Source of the DNA: Mobula hypostoma
Taxonomy: Eukaryota
Length of the DNA stretch: 64,000 bases
Direction of reading: 5' to 3'
NCBI RefSeq assembly: GCF_963921235.1
Contig: NC_086109.1
Location: 8,434,001 to 8,498,000 of the forward strand
Part shown: positions 1-11,399 of the stretch, one piece after another
How the letters are laid out: each line of letters opens with the position of its first letter
How positions within the stretch are numbered: the first letter of the stretch is position 1
The notes under the pieces: generated by a model
Told to the model about the DNA's origin: nothing
What the model saw: the letters and a program-made list of their open reading frames with translations, nothing else
The model's database searches: none
Translations under genes and position numbers: made by a program

Positions 1-963
1 ACTTTGTAGGCTAGTACCCAAGATAGAGCTGACGAGATTTACAACCTTCTGCAGCTTCTTTCAGTCCTGTGCAGTAGCCCCTCCATACCAGACAGTGATG
101 CAGCCTGTCAGAATGCTCTCTACTGTACAAATATAGAAGTCTTTGAATGTATTTGTTGACATACCAAATCTCTTCAAACTCCGAAAAAAGTACAGTCACT
201 GTCTTGCCTTCTTTATAATTGCATTGATATGTTGGAACCAGGTTAGGTCCTCAGAGATCTTGACACCCAGGAACTTGAAGCTGCTCACCCTCTCCACTTC
301 TGATCCCTCTATGAGGATTGGTATGTGTTCCTTCGTCTTACCCTTCCTGAAGTCCACAATCAGCTCTTTGGTCTTGCTGATGTTGAGTGCCAGGTTGTTG
401 CTGCGACGCTGCTCCACTAGTTGGTATATCTCACTTCTGTACGACCTCTTATCACCATCTGAGATTCTACCAACAATGGTTGTATTATCAACAAATTTAT
501 AGATGGTATTTGAGCTATACCTAGCCACACAGTCATGGGTATAGAGAGGGTAGAGCAGAGGGCTAAGCACATACCCCCGTGGTGCACCAGTGTTGATTAT
601 CAGCGAGGAGGAGATGTTATCACCTATCCGCACAGATTATGGTCTTCTGGTTAGGAAGTCAAGGATCCAGTTGCAGAGGGAGGTACAGAGGCCCAGGTTC
701 TGTAACTTCTCAATCAGCATAGTGGGAATGATCATATTAAATGCTGAGCTATAGTCGATGAACAGCATCCTAGCATAGGTGTTTGTGTTGTCCAGGTGGT
801 CTAAGGCCATGTGAAGAGTCATTAAGTTTTCATCTGCCATTGACCTATTGTGGCGATAGGCAAATTGTAATGGGTCCAGGTCCTTGCTGAGGCAGGAGTT
901 CAGTCTAGTCATGACCAACCTCTCAAAGCATTTCATTACTGTCGATGTGAGTGCTACCAGGCG
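1..963 (-). mobile_element. Rex1/Babar-type non-LTR retrotransposon, decayed RT fragment, 5'-truncated and running off the window start
   Basis: ORFs 637-936 and 196-633 give [70 protein letters not shown], broken by stops. Confidence 0.9.
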
Positions 964-1855
964 AATCTCCTAGACTCTGTCTCCAGAAGGTTTGCCATGT
1001 GAATAAAGACATTTGTACTTTCCATTTACAACCACCGTGTGGCTCAGTTTAGTCCGTCACAACACAAGATAAGTGGTTGGTCATTTAAAGTTTCACTCAG
1101 TCAGTAATGGAGTCTCTAAGATACTCAGTCCTTGAGGGTGGTGGAGGCTGCATCATTAAAGGTAGAGATGGATAAATGTTTGGTAGATCAAAGAAGAGAG
1201 GGAGAAATGGCAGAGAAGAGAAGTTGAAGCTCCTCAGAAGGCTGCTGTGTTCAAGCGAACATTCTCCTCGATGCTGTCAGAGGATGTTATTAAAATTTTG
1301 AGATTTTGGATGGGACTGTGGACCGTAGATCAAGCTAACTGTAGTCATATTGGTCTCCTTCCGTTGTCTGTATTTTTTCCCATTCTTCCTTCTTGCTGAT
1401 TGGCATGTTGGGGTTGGGGGTTAAGGGTTTGATGTTCTTGTTGCTGCTTCCTATTTTTTGTGTGAGGGAGGGAGTTTGGGGTTTGATATGCTTATTGCCA
1501 TTTTCTGTATGAAGTGATCTGTTAGTTTTTTTGTGCGAGGGAGGGAGGTTGGGGGTTTGGGGTTTGCAAATAGTTGTTTCTTATATTTGTGTGTGGGGGG
1601 TGGTTGATGTCTTTCTTTCAATAACCCATGGTTTTCTTTGTTTCATGGCTATCTGGAGAAGATGAATCTCAGAGTTGTATACTGCATACTGTACATACTT
1701 TGATAATAAATGAACCTTTGGACCTTTGAGACAAGCCATAATCGTATTGAATGGCAGAACAGCCTTGAGGGGCTGAGTGGCCTTCTCCTGTTCTTATATT
1801 CTTGTCTTCTTGGTATCAATTAATAAACAGAACTTCTTGAGATTTTTTTCCCAAA

Positions 1856-1944
1856 AGCTGTTCCTTCTTTCAGTGAAACCCATGGACAAATTAAACAAGC
1901 TATTTCTTAAGTTTGTCTTTGGGCTTCACTGAAAGAGGGAGGCT
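1856..1944 (+). ncRNA. Long imperfect RNA hairpin, pri-miRNA-like candidate (family not recognised)
   Basis: 1861-1892 pairs with 1910-1941 with two mismatches (A.C, U.U) and several G.U pairs; the flanks do not look repeat-derived. Confidence 0.45.
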
Positions 1945-2447
1945 GAAGGAAGAGGGGGAATTAGATGAGGAATTAAAGTCCCTTCTCTTTTGTTCTGTCC
2001 TCCCCTTATTATTCTCTTAAAATGTGTTCCTGTGCTCAAAGGTAAAGTAGAAGTTGGGCAGCATACGCACAAGTACATTTGTGCACACGTGCAATGAAAA
2101 ACTTTGTTGTTGTAGCAGCATCACATCAGATAAACAGCATTCACAAGAAAAATGTAAATTAAACACAACTTTTACCAAAGCACACAACTAGATCAAAAAA
2201 GTACAATGTCCATTTTAGTGCAAGGTAATGATTTTGTTGCTAAACTGTAGTGATTAGGGTTTTGACAATTGGTTTAAGGACTGAATGGTTGAAGAGGAGT
2301 AGACGTTCTTGAACCCGGTGGTATGGGATTTCAGACTTCTGCACCTTCTGACTGATGGCAGCCGTGAGAAGATGGCATGGTGCGGATGGTGGGGATCTTT
2401 GATGATGGATGTTGCCTTCCTGAGGCAGTACCTCCTGTAGATACAGT

Positions 2448-2688
2448 ACACACAAAAATGCTGACTGGGAGAAACTTTAAATGCTGGAGGAGCTCAGCAG
2501 GCCAGGCAGCATCTATGGAAAAGAGTAGACAGTCGATGTTTCAGGCTGCGACCCTTCATCAGTACTCATCAGGCCCAAAATGTCGACTGTTTACTCTTGT
2601 CCACAGATACTGCCTGACCCGCTGGGTTCCTCCAGCATTTTGCGTGTGTTGCTTTGGATTTCCAGCATCAGCAGATTTTCTCATGTTT
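2448..2688. mobile_element. Palindromic Penelope-derived mini-element (two inverted termini) with a degenerate hammerhead motif
   Basis: AATGCTGGAGGAGCTCAGCAGGCCAGGCAGCATCTATGG..CAGTCGA is mirrored by TCGACTG..CCTCCAGCATTTTGCGTGTG; the minus strand reads CTGATGA-AGGGTCGCAGCCT-GAAACATC-GACTG at 2530-2566. Confidence 0.75.
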
Positions 2689-3007
2689 ATAGCTTGAGGA
2701 GATTTGGTATGACACCAAAATCTCAAGCAAGTTTCTACTGCTGCACTGTGGAGGGCACTCTAACTGATTGCATCGCCATCTGGTACAGAACTGCCAGAGC
2801 ACAGGATCAGAAAAAGCTGCAGAACATCCTAAACTCAGCCAGCTCCATCATGGGCGCTAGCTTCCCCACCCCATCGAGGACATCTTCAAAAGGCAATGCC
2901 TCAAAAGGACAGCGTCCATCATTACGGACCCCCCATCACCCAGGACATGCCCGCTTCTCCTTGCAGCCATCAAGGAGGGGGTACAGGCCTGAAGACACAC
3001 ACTAAGC
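2689..3007 (+). mobile_element. Rex1/Babar 3' fragment that hosts the Gypsy insertion; continues at 7618
   Basis: Translates as FYCCTVEGTLTDCIAIWY..HHPGHARFSLQPSRRGYR; the motif GAAGACACACACT..TGCTTCAGGAACAGCTTCTT is split between 3007 and 7618. Confidence 0.8.
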
Positions 3008-3183
3008 TGTTATGTTTTATTACTTCAAAACATTAAACTAATTCAATGAAAGACGCGGTAAGTCTGAAATACGGGTGTAACTTCATCTTTTATTTAAGCG
3101 AAGCGCACATGTATCACATGGTAGCATGATGATGTATGCAATTAATGTATTTATGCATATAACCCATAATTAATTATTTAAAC

Positions 3184-4083
3184 TGCTACGTACCCCATAA
3201 CTGGGTTGCCAAACCAGCAGAAATGGATCACTCAGTTGGAGTCTGGATTACTAGAACTAAGAAAGTTTTATTAAAGAAACAAGCAACACAGTACTCTAAT
3301 CAAAAGGATAATAAATGCAACAGTTCAGCAATGATAAACACACATGTACACAGAATTAAGATAACAGGATCAATCAAGCTCTATCGTTGCCTAGGGGTAA
3401 ATGACCAGTTTCAAAGTGACGCAAAGTTCAGTTCAATTTAGTTCAGTTCAGTTCACAGTAATCGCTGCCGTGGGAGATGGACAGTGGGGGGAAGGAGAGA
3501 GAGAGCAAAACGAATGAATATTCAAACGGCTTCCACACAGACCTTCGATATTCTTCCCAGTCAGCTTTCGTGCGAGCCCTTTGTGATGTCATCTGAGGTC
3601 ACCGACCGTGACCCCTCCGTTTCCAGATACGATCATTTCTCTGCAGTGAACCTGGCACCCAGGCAAGGGTGGACACACACCAGGTTCCCACCGATCGTGC
3701 CTTTCCACCCTGTGCGTCTATGGCTTGGTCCGCGACCAGCCGTCCAAAACTTCCCACCGACTTGTGGGAGACGCACCGCTTCCAGGGTCTCGTTACCTCG
3801 GGGTGTCGTGTGTGTCCTGCCTTAGCGAACCTGTCCCTTTTTATTCCCCTGCTGGTGTATCACCTGTCCATCACTTCAAACAGTTCAGGGTTCAAAGGGG
3901 GAGCCGATCTTGACAGCTCTCCTTCCGTTACTCTCTCCCATCCCTTCATTAACATCTCCAAATGCTGCTCCATTGTTTTCCTTATCTCTCTTTCTCCTGA
4001 AGACAGGTGGCAGACCAACTGCTGATCCCACTGGTGCCAGCACAGGACAGCTAACATCTTAATCTATGTGTATTCTTGTCACA
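3184..4083 (-). mobile_element. Solo LTR (900 bp) of another family inserted into the Gypsy 3' LTR
   Basis: Starts TG, ends CA, with a 4-bp TSD AAAC (3180-3183 and 4084-4087). AATAAA on the minus strand near 3267-3272. The host LTR resumes after it. Confidence 0.85.
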
Positions 4084-4217
4084 AAACATATATACAAATG
4101 TAACTAAAATATTAAATACACAATACAATGCCCTACTTAGCTATGAACTCCAACTCAATAGATAATGCATCTCAACTATATACACAGTATATTATATAAT
4201 ACAAGTACCATATATAC

Positions 4218-4516
4218 CATGTGGGCACGTGGCCAAGTGGTTAAGGCATTGGACTAGCGACCTGAAGGTCGTGAGTTCGAGCCCCAGCCGAGGCAACATG
4301 TTGTGTCCTTCAGCAAGGCACTTAATCACACATTGCTCTGCGACGACACTGGTGCCAAGCTGTATGGGTCCTAATGCCATTGGTGTTGTGGAGAGGGGAG
4401 ACTTGCAGCATGGGCAACTGATGGTCTTCCGTACAACCTTGCCCAGACCTGTGCCCTGGAGAGTGAAGACTTTCCAGGTGCAGATCCATGGTCTCGCAAG
4501 ACTAACGGCTGCTTTT
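4218..4516 (+). mobile_element. tRNA-derived SINE (tail type A)
   Basis: A box TGGCCAAGTGG, B-box-like AGTTCGAGCC; 12-bp TSD TACCATATATAC at 4206-4217 and 4517-4528. Confidence 0.9.
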
Positions 4517-4655
4517 TACCATATATACAGACATCCACAACATTGTAAATTTAAAATTGTCCCATTCAGGCCTAAAGATTTAATTGCTGTGGAGGATTTC
4601 ATACTCTTTCCTGGCAAGGGGAACCACTCTGCTTGGCAGGAAGTGTCTGACAGGC

Positions 4656-5089
4656 TTAGACACCCTTCTTCGCCTTTTCGCTCTCTGGATCTACTTCAAT
4701 ACCTTTCTTGTCCTTGTTCACATTCCTTCTCTCTTTCACACGTTTTCCTTTCTCATTCACATACTTCCTCTCCACCTCTTCCCCCCTTTTCCTTCTGGTT
4801 TGTGCGTCTTGATCTAGGGAAGGTGCATTTAGTTCAATGGAGTATCCTCTTATTAATTCCTCTATTGCTCCCTTTACGACCCGATCTCTTCTCTTGGTTG
4901 CCTCATCCACAACATCATCTGATGAATCCTCTGCTTCTGAATCTCCATTGACTCCTTTCCAATTGGCCTTCCATTCATCCAGCTGGGATTTGGTCTTGTC
5001 ACCTACTTTTACAAACTGCTTTACGTCTCCCTCTTGAAGTTCGTGCAATAACTTTAATGCACACAGAGCAGATTCTGGTTCTTTATACC
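4656..5089 (-). pseudogene. RBM25: RBM25 processed pseudogene fragment, 3' part (end of RRM, following helix, rearranged RE/RS-rich region)
   Basis: Reads YKEPESALCALKLLHELQEGDVKQFVKVGDKTKSQLDEWKA..DEATKRRDRVVKGAIEELIRGYSIELNAPS, matching recalled vertebrate RBM25 YKEPESTLRALRLLHDLQIGEKKLLVKVDAKTKAQLDEWKA..DEETKRRDQMIKGAIEVLIREYSSELNAPS. Confidence 0.92.
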
Positions 5090-5581
5090 TTATACTTTAT
5101 TGTCACCAAACAATTGATACTAGAATGTACAATCATCATAGCAATATTTGATCCTGCGCTTCCCGCTCCCTGGATTACAAATCAATAATAAATATTAAAA
5201 ATTTAAATTATAAATCATAAATAGAAAATAGAAAAATGGAAAGTAAGGTAGTGCAAAAAAACCGAGATGCAGGTCTGGATATTTGGAGGGTACGGCCCAG
5301 ATCCGGGTCAGGATCCGTTCAGCAGTCTTATCACAGTTGGAAAGAAGCTGTTCTCAAATCTGGCCGTACGAGTCTTCAAGCTCCTGAGCCTTCTCCTGGA
5401 GGGAAGAGGGACGAAAAGTGTGTTGGCTGGGTGGGTCGTGTCTTTGATTATCCTGGCAGCACTGCTCCGACAGCGTGCGGTGTAAAGTGAGTCCATGGAT
5501 GGAAGATTGGTTTGTGTGATGTGCTGGGCCGTGTTCATGATCTTCTGCAGCTTCTTCCAGTTCTTGGACAGGACAACTTCC
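5090..5581 (-). mobile_element. Rex1/Babar 3' end inserted into the RBM25 fragment
   Basis: ORF 5308-5583 (RIIKDTTHPANTLFVPLPSRRRLRSLKTRTARFENSFFPTVIRLLN), AATAAA plus (AAGTAT)-like tail; ATACC occurs at both junctions (5085-5089, 5582-5586). Confidence 0.9.
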
Positions 5582-5833
5582 ATACCAACAAAAGCCAGAT
5601 ACTTGCATTTGTCCTGAAGTTCCTCGACCTCGCTTTCAGCTTAAAACCAAGCCACATTCTGCGAGTAACTGCCTGATTAACATATCATAATCTTTCTCAA
5701 ATAGGTTGTCTACTAAAACTGTTGTAGTCAGGCCACTGCGGTTGTTTCGTTCATGCTTCCTCTTAGCAGCATGGTCCTTCCTTGGTCCAATATGCATTCC
5801 AACCAGAGACACAGAGGGTGGCACCAACAACCT
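5582..5833 (-). pseudogene. RBM25: RBM25 processed pseudogene fragment, 5' part (N-terminal linker and RRM RNP2-RNP1)
   Basis: Reads LVPPSVSLVGMHIGPRKDH..GLTTTVLVDNLFEKDYDMLIRQLLAECGLVLS*KRGRGTSGQMQVSGFCWY versus recalled RBM25 LVPTVSMVGKHLGARKDH..GPTTTVFVGNISEKASDMLIRQLLAKCGLVLSWKRVQGASGKLQAFGFCEY; Trp-to-TGA stop at 5636-5638. Confidence 0.92.
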
Positions 5834-7373
5834 CTATCCTCTGTGGGGTAACAGTTCATGGTGTTCAGCATGAAGACAGTTGTGGCATCATCCAGTACAT
5901 TTCTTAATTTGCTTTCAATTGGCTTCATTGCAGGGGATGTGGCATGCAATTGGTGGATGGATTTTCCAATCAAGTTGTAGCTGTCTCAGCCAATCATGCC
6001 CCACAATGCTGGTCCTTCTGGTTTTACCATAAACAAGCCCAATATGGCTCATCGGTTGTAGTATTTCACAGTTACGGATGTTATTCCCACAGGAGTTACA
6101 CTTTCTCCGGTATAGATTCTTAGTTAGATATTTCAGGCTTCGGTAGAGTATCCTTGAAATGCTGTTCAAATTCATTTTGTGGAATGACTGAAACAGCTGA
6201 GCCAGTGTCCAATTCCATTTTATTTAATTTGCTCTTCACTTTTGGCATAAGCCAGATTGTTTACCTTTTGCTAATTTTCATACTGTAAATCTCAAGGCTA
6301 CACAGTCGTGTGTCAGTCTCCTCTTTATCAGAGTTTTCAGTGACAGCATATAGATTGGAGCTCTTTTTGAAACTGCAATTTGAGCGTTTATCTTTTTTCT
6401 TTTCCCTGTGCAGTCCATTTATTTTTGTCTGCCTGACATGCCCTTTGTATGTGTCCTACTTTGTTGCATTTTCCTGCAAGTTTTCACCTTTAAATATGCA
6501 TTTATTTTGTGTATGTGAGCCCCTGCCACAACAGTAACACAATTTGTTTGGTTAGGCTGGTTTCTGTATAGCTGCTGTAATTTTATTCACACTCACTTTC
6601 ATTCATGACTGCAACTCCATTGTGTCTCAGTCTGCTGTTTCCATTGAAACATTAGTTTCAACTGCTCTTCTGAATGTAAGTTATGATTCAATTAGAAGCA
6701 ATTTTTGCATGTTTTCTTTTATGATTTTAAAAACTAAGTGACCTCTCGGTGCATCATTAAGAATATTACTGAACTGACAATGCTCGGTTACTCCCTTCAA
6801 TTCAGCAACATACTCTGAAATGGACTCCCTTTCCTTTTGATTCTGTTTATGAAACCTAAAGAATTCTGCAACCAGCAATGGTTTTGATTCTAAGTTTTCC
6901 TGCATTACTTTGATAATAGTAGCAAAGCTCACTTCTGATAGTTTGGTTGGGGCAGTCAAACGTCAAAGCTAACTTCATGCCTTTAAATCCAAGGCATTCA
7001 ACAAAATTAGCACTCGCTTCTCATTGGATATTTCATTTGCTTCAAAATACTGTTCCAATAATTCAGTACACAAGCGCCAATTACCTGTAGTGTAATCAAA
7101 TTCATCAATCTTTCTGATGTAGACAGCCATTTCTCATTTTTAAAAAATGATTGTTATCACCCGGTACTTGCTTTTTATGAACCAATGAATCCTTCCTTTC
7201 TCTTTATGAATTCTAAATTCTTCAGTTTACTGAATTATTTTTTCACTTGACTTCTCCGCAGGTGCCGGGCTGTTTCTTTTAAACTCGATGCTCCTTGCAG
7301 TGTTTTTTCTTAATTTGAAAGCTACACTCTGCTTTAACAGGTCGGCCGCCATCTCGGGTTCGCTTTCAAAATA

Positions 7374-7384
7374 CCTCGTCGCCA
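7374..7384 (-). other. Primer-binding site of the Gypsy element, probably tRNA-Ser(GCU)
   Basis: Plus strand CCTCGTCGCCA adjacent to the LTR; matches the recalled 3' end of vertebrate tRNA-Ser(GCU) plus CCA. Confidence 0.7.
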
Positions 7385-7904
7385 AAGTTATGTTTTGTAC
7401 CTTCGAAACATTAAACTAATTCAAAGAAAGAGGCAGGGAGTCCGAAACACGGGTGTAACTTCGTCTTTAAGTGAGGCGCGCACGTATCATGTGGTAGCGT
7501 GATGACGTATGCAATTAACATATTTTTACATATAATCTGTAAATAATTATTTTAATGAGCAAAAATGCTTAACCAAGCTATATCACTCAAATAAGTTCAA
7601 ATATTAAATACACAACATCAGTGCTTCAGGAACAGCTTCTTCCTCTCTGCCATCAGATTGCTGAATGGTCCACAACCTAATGAACACTGCCTCACTATTT
7701 CCCCTCTTTTTTCACTACTTCTTTATTTCAGTATATGTATTTCTTATTGCAACTTACAGTAATTTTTTTTGCATTGCAATGTACCACTGCTGTAAGACAA
7801 CAAATTTCACAACATATGTCAGTCGTATCAAACCTGATCCTGATTCTGGTGGGGAGGGATGTGCCCGTGGCGTATCATGCAGAGTATCTCTGCAGCTTCT
7901 GACG

Positions 7905-8620
7905 TTCCACACAAAAGTGGAAATTGAGTGCAATAAAGTTGGACTTCACCTAAACGCTAAAAAGACAGAGTACATGGCGTTTAACTGCGACGAAGGTACT
8001 CTCAAGACCGTAGAGAATGATACCATTAAGAAAGTCTTTGACTACAGGTATCTCGGGTCAAGAGTGATGAGTTCGGAGAAGGACATAAAGATACGGAAGG
8101 CACTGGCGTGGAGGGCTATGAACGACATGAAGGAAATCTGGAAGTCGAACCTGACCAGAGGGCTTAAGAAGAGGATTTTCATAGCAGTCATAGAGTCCAT
8201 TCTCACATACGGATGTGAGATGTGGACACTCACCAAGACTATGCGAAAGTCTCTAGATGGTTGCTATACATGAATGCTCCGGATGGCTCGACGTGAGTTG
8301 GCAACAGCACATGATGAACGTCGAGCTCTATGACGACCTACCGATGCTCACCACTAAAATCGAGGCGAAAAGATTGCAACTAGTGGGGCACTGTCTACGT
8401 CACCCCAAGCTACCTGCCAGCCTAGTCATCATATGGGAGTCCAAGCATGGGAAGATGAACCCTGGGTGCCCTCCCAAGACTACGGTCAACATGCTCCTAG
8501 AAGACAGCGGTGCGGCTAATGTAGATGAACTGAACACACTGATGAGGGAGAGGGAGAAGTGGAGAGTCCATCACCATGCCCAACGCCGGCCCCTTAGGGC
8601 TGAGTCAACGTAGTAGTAGT
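7905..8620 (+). mobile_element. RTE-clade LINE 3' fragment
   Basis: KVGLHLNAKKTEYM..KDIKIRKALAW..IESILTYGCEMWTLTK..LQLVGHCLRH; ends in a (TAG)n tail at ~8610-8620. Confidence 0.85.
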
Positions 8621-10254
8621 TCTGATGTTCCAGCACATTGGAATTGCTATACCAGATCATAATACACCCATTCAGGGTACTTTCAGCGGCACACCTGTAG
8701 AAATCAGTGAGAGAAATTTAATAGAAATGTTGTCTTCAGGCAACACCACAAAACAAGCAACACAGCAATACCCATGCATTGCAATCCACTTCCTTGGTTC
8801 TACTTAAATGGGATTGCAGAGAGAGAGGACAACAGCACTGCATCCCACACACAACACAAAACTCTGAGGATGAAATTCTCCTTTCTATCATCCACTGTTT
8901 CCAATCCTGATGAGAAATCATTGACAAGGTTGCAGCTTGACCTGCAGTTTTATTATTTAGCATTTTCTGTTTTGGTATTTTAATATCTCCCGTACAACAT
9001 CGTTGAAACTACAATCGAAGATACTATCTATGTGGTCACCCTAAGACAAAACCCAGTACAGGCCACAAATTGAACTGCGCAGCATCATTAAACTAATCAA
9101 TGGTGCCATTAGATGTCTTATAGACAATCGACGCCAATGTCAATTTATTATCAAAGTATTTTACCACATACTTACTTTGAGATTCATTTTTTTGCAGGCA
9201 CTTTCAGAGGAAAAAAGAAATACAATAGAATTTATGAAAAGAACTACGTAAATGAAGGCCGACAAACGGCCAATGTGCAAAAGAAGACAATTTTTTTGGT
9301 TGGGTTGGGTTGTTCTCCAAGTTTGGCAATTTACTTGCAAACATTTTGTCACCAAATGAGGACACTTCACCAGTGTGCTGTTAACAAGTAAATTGCCAAG
9401 ATCAGAGAGCAACTCAATCCAACCATCAGCCGCTCGAGCTGCACATTTTCCGAATTATTTCCAAGGCAATTTTTATGTATCTGTGTTGCCCTTAAGGCAT
9501 TTATTTGACTTTGTTGAGTCTACGCTTTAAATGATTTGTTTGTAACTATTTTCTAGTTAAAGTTAAAGGTTGGTAATTATGTTACAGTATAACAAAGGTA
9601 AATTCATTGTCTGTGGTATATCGCGGCATGTGATGACATCACCTCCAGTTTCGCCGCGTCTTACGTGTAACCTCCGGTTCGGAGAAGGTGTGAAGGTGGG
9701 TGCCATGCGTGGAGCATGATCGTGAACAGCTCCATTTCTACCCACAAAGAAACATTATAGAAGCAACGCCGTAAATTCATAAGAATGTATCTGAAGTAAA
9801 AATATTAACACGGTTTCTGTTAAGGAAGCAGCGGTTCGGGTGGCGCGCGTGCCGGCTTTTCAATTTCAAACGCAGGGTGGGCTAGAGCCTGGTGGCGGTT
9901 TGACGCGACCCCCTCGCTCGCTACTCGGGGCGGCTGGAGACACTTGCTAAAAGAAGAGAGCGCGCGTGGTCTCCAGAATTAAACAGACGCTGTATATGGT
10001 TGTATTTTTTTTATCAACAGTTTTCACCATACGATGTTAATGTGGAAGAGTGAAGAGTAAATGTTTAACCTTACTACGACTCTGTCTTCATTGGCTCCGG
10101 TTTAACTTGGTATTTAGTCAGAGTTTCAACACACTGCACGAGAACACTACAGTATCAAAATAAATGTTGCTCACTATAAAACTGTTTACAAGAATAAACT
10201 GCACAATCTGCTTCATTCTTACCTTCAAAGACACAAATTTTTTAACCAAAGTAA

Positions 10255-10570
10255 ATTTTATTCGTAATAAAAAATATTTACAAGAATAGTCAATGCATTT
10301 TCAATCTTTGCATTCATAGTTAATGCTTTCAGTACTATCCTATTACATTCCTACACATCAGTATCACTGATGCCACCCAATTGCCCCCCTGGGGTGGTGC
10401 ACTACTACAGTAATTGAGGGGCTTCCCCACCCAAACTGGTCCCTCCCTGTCCAGTAGTGGAAGAAACCCTACACTGTGGTCCTTCCCCACCGAGCCCTGC
10501 CATGTCTACATCAAGCTCCAGTGCGTCCCTCAGCACGTCCTCCTGCAGCCTGGAACATGCCAATCAGGAG
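10255..10570 (-). mobile_element. Probable L1/Tx1-type LINE 3' remnant
   Basis: Minus strand reads ..SRLQEDVLRDALELD.. followed by a 3' UTR with AATAAA. Confidence 0.45.
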
Positions 10571-11399
10571 CATTGCTCCGCGGACATCTCAATGGGCAAA
10601 TAAAAATGATTAGTGTTGAGAACATGTGTTGTAGAGGCCTTGAAAGTGGGTCTGTAGGCCGTGAAATCAGTTCAGTGTAGAGGAGAGTAGAGCAATGCAG
10701 GCTGAGTTAGGAGCTTGGTGGTTGTAGGGTCAAAAGCATTACCGTTGCAATTTTAACAGTCCGTTAACATTGATCTAATCCAGCAGTTATAATTAGCCTA
10801 CTGGTCCTGAAGCAGCTTTCCGTTCTGTGCCACTGCAGTGTGATATTGCGCCATTTACCACAGTAACTGGAGGAAATGGGACAGGTTTGACTGAAGATAT
10901 GCTGCTCACTTGTTTTGAAAATGTCAGATGATGAAAATGTGAGATAAGACCATTCTTTTTCTCTGCCCGTTTTTTTTTTTGGGCTGTTTTAGAGCGGTTT
11001 GCTCGGGTGCTTCGGTGAGAACTGGCTCTGTGGCCTGAGATGACCAGCAGTGCAGTGCTGAACTGAACTGAACTGAACGCGCCTGGGACTCCCGCTTTGA
11101 TGTTTGATATTCTATGTGTTGTTCACACGCTCTTTGCCATTTGCATGATCTGTTCTTTTTTAGCACGTTGGGTGTTTGATGTTTTCCCCTAACGGTTTCT
11201 ACGGTATTTCTTTGTTTTGTGGCTGCCTGCAGGAGGACGAACTTCAGAGTTGTATTCTATATACATACTTTGATAATAAATGTACTTTGAATCTTTGAAT
11301 TCTTTAGTGAATGGGTGGGACAATGACACAGGTGAAAGCCACCGCCTCACAGGACAGCAGACCCATCTTTGATCTAGACATGAAGACATCAAGTCAAAG

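Larger units (their letters stand above)
3008..7617 (-). mobile_element. Gypsy/Ty3 LTR retrotransposon, defective: two LTRs, PBS, gag and protease remnants; most of pol replaced by an RBM25 fragment
   Basis: Related LTRs at 3008-4127 (interrupted) and 7386-7617, (T)GTTATGTTTT..AAATACACAA(T)ACA. PBS TGGCGACGAGG next to the right LTR. Gag-like ORF 6681-6959 (AEFFRFHKQNQKERESISEYVAELK), Cys/His knuckle near 6500-6540, protease ELDTGSAVS near 6190-6220, RT start YP..RIE at ~5830-5855, integrase tail NPPQQLNL at ~4570-4600. Confidence 0.9.

Noticed and set aside
4220..4295. tRNA gene (also ~19700, ~35530, ~41855)
   Set aside because: The tRNA-like head runs into a SINE body, is multi-copy and is flanked by TSDs, so it is a SINE.
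4229..4951. 240-aa plus-strand ORF
   Set aside because: Chance read-through across a SINE, the Gypsy tail and the antisense strand of the RBM25 fragment.
4656..5833. Functional RBM25 gene or pol-RBM25 fusion protein
   Set aside because: In-frame TGA, Rex1 insertion, degenerate RNP motifs, missing N- and C-termini, and the RT frame appears offset from the RBM25 frame.
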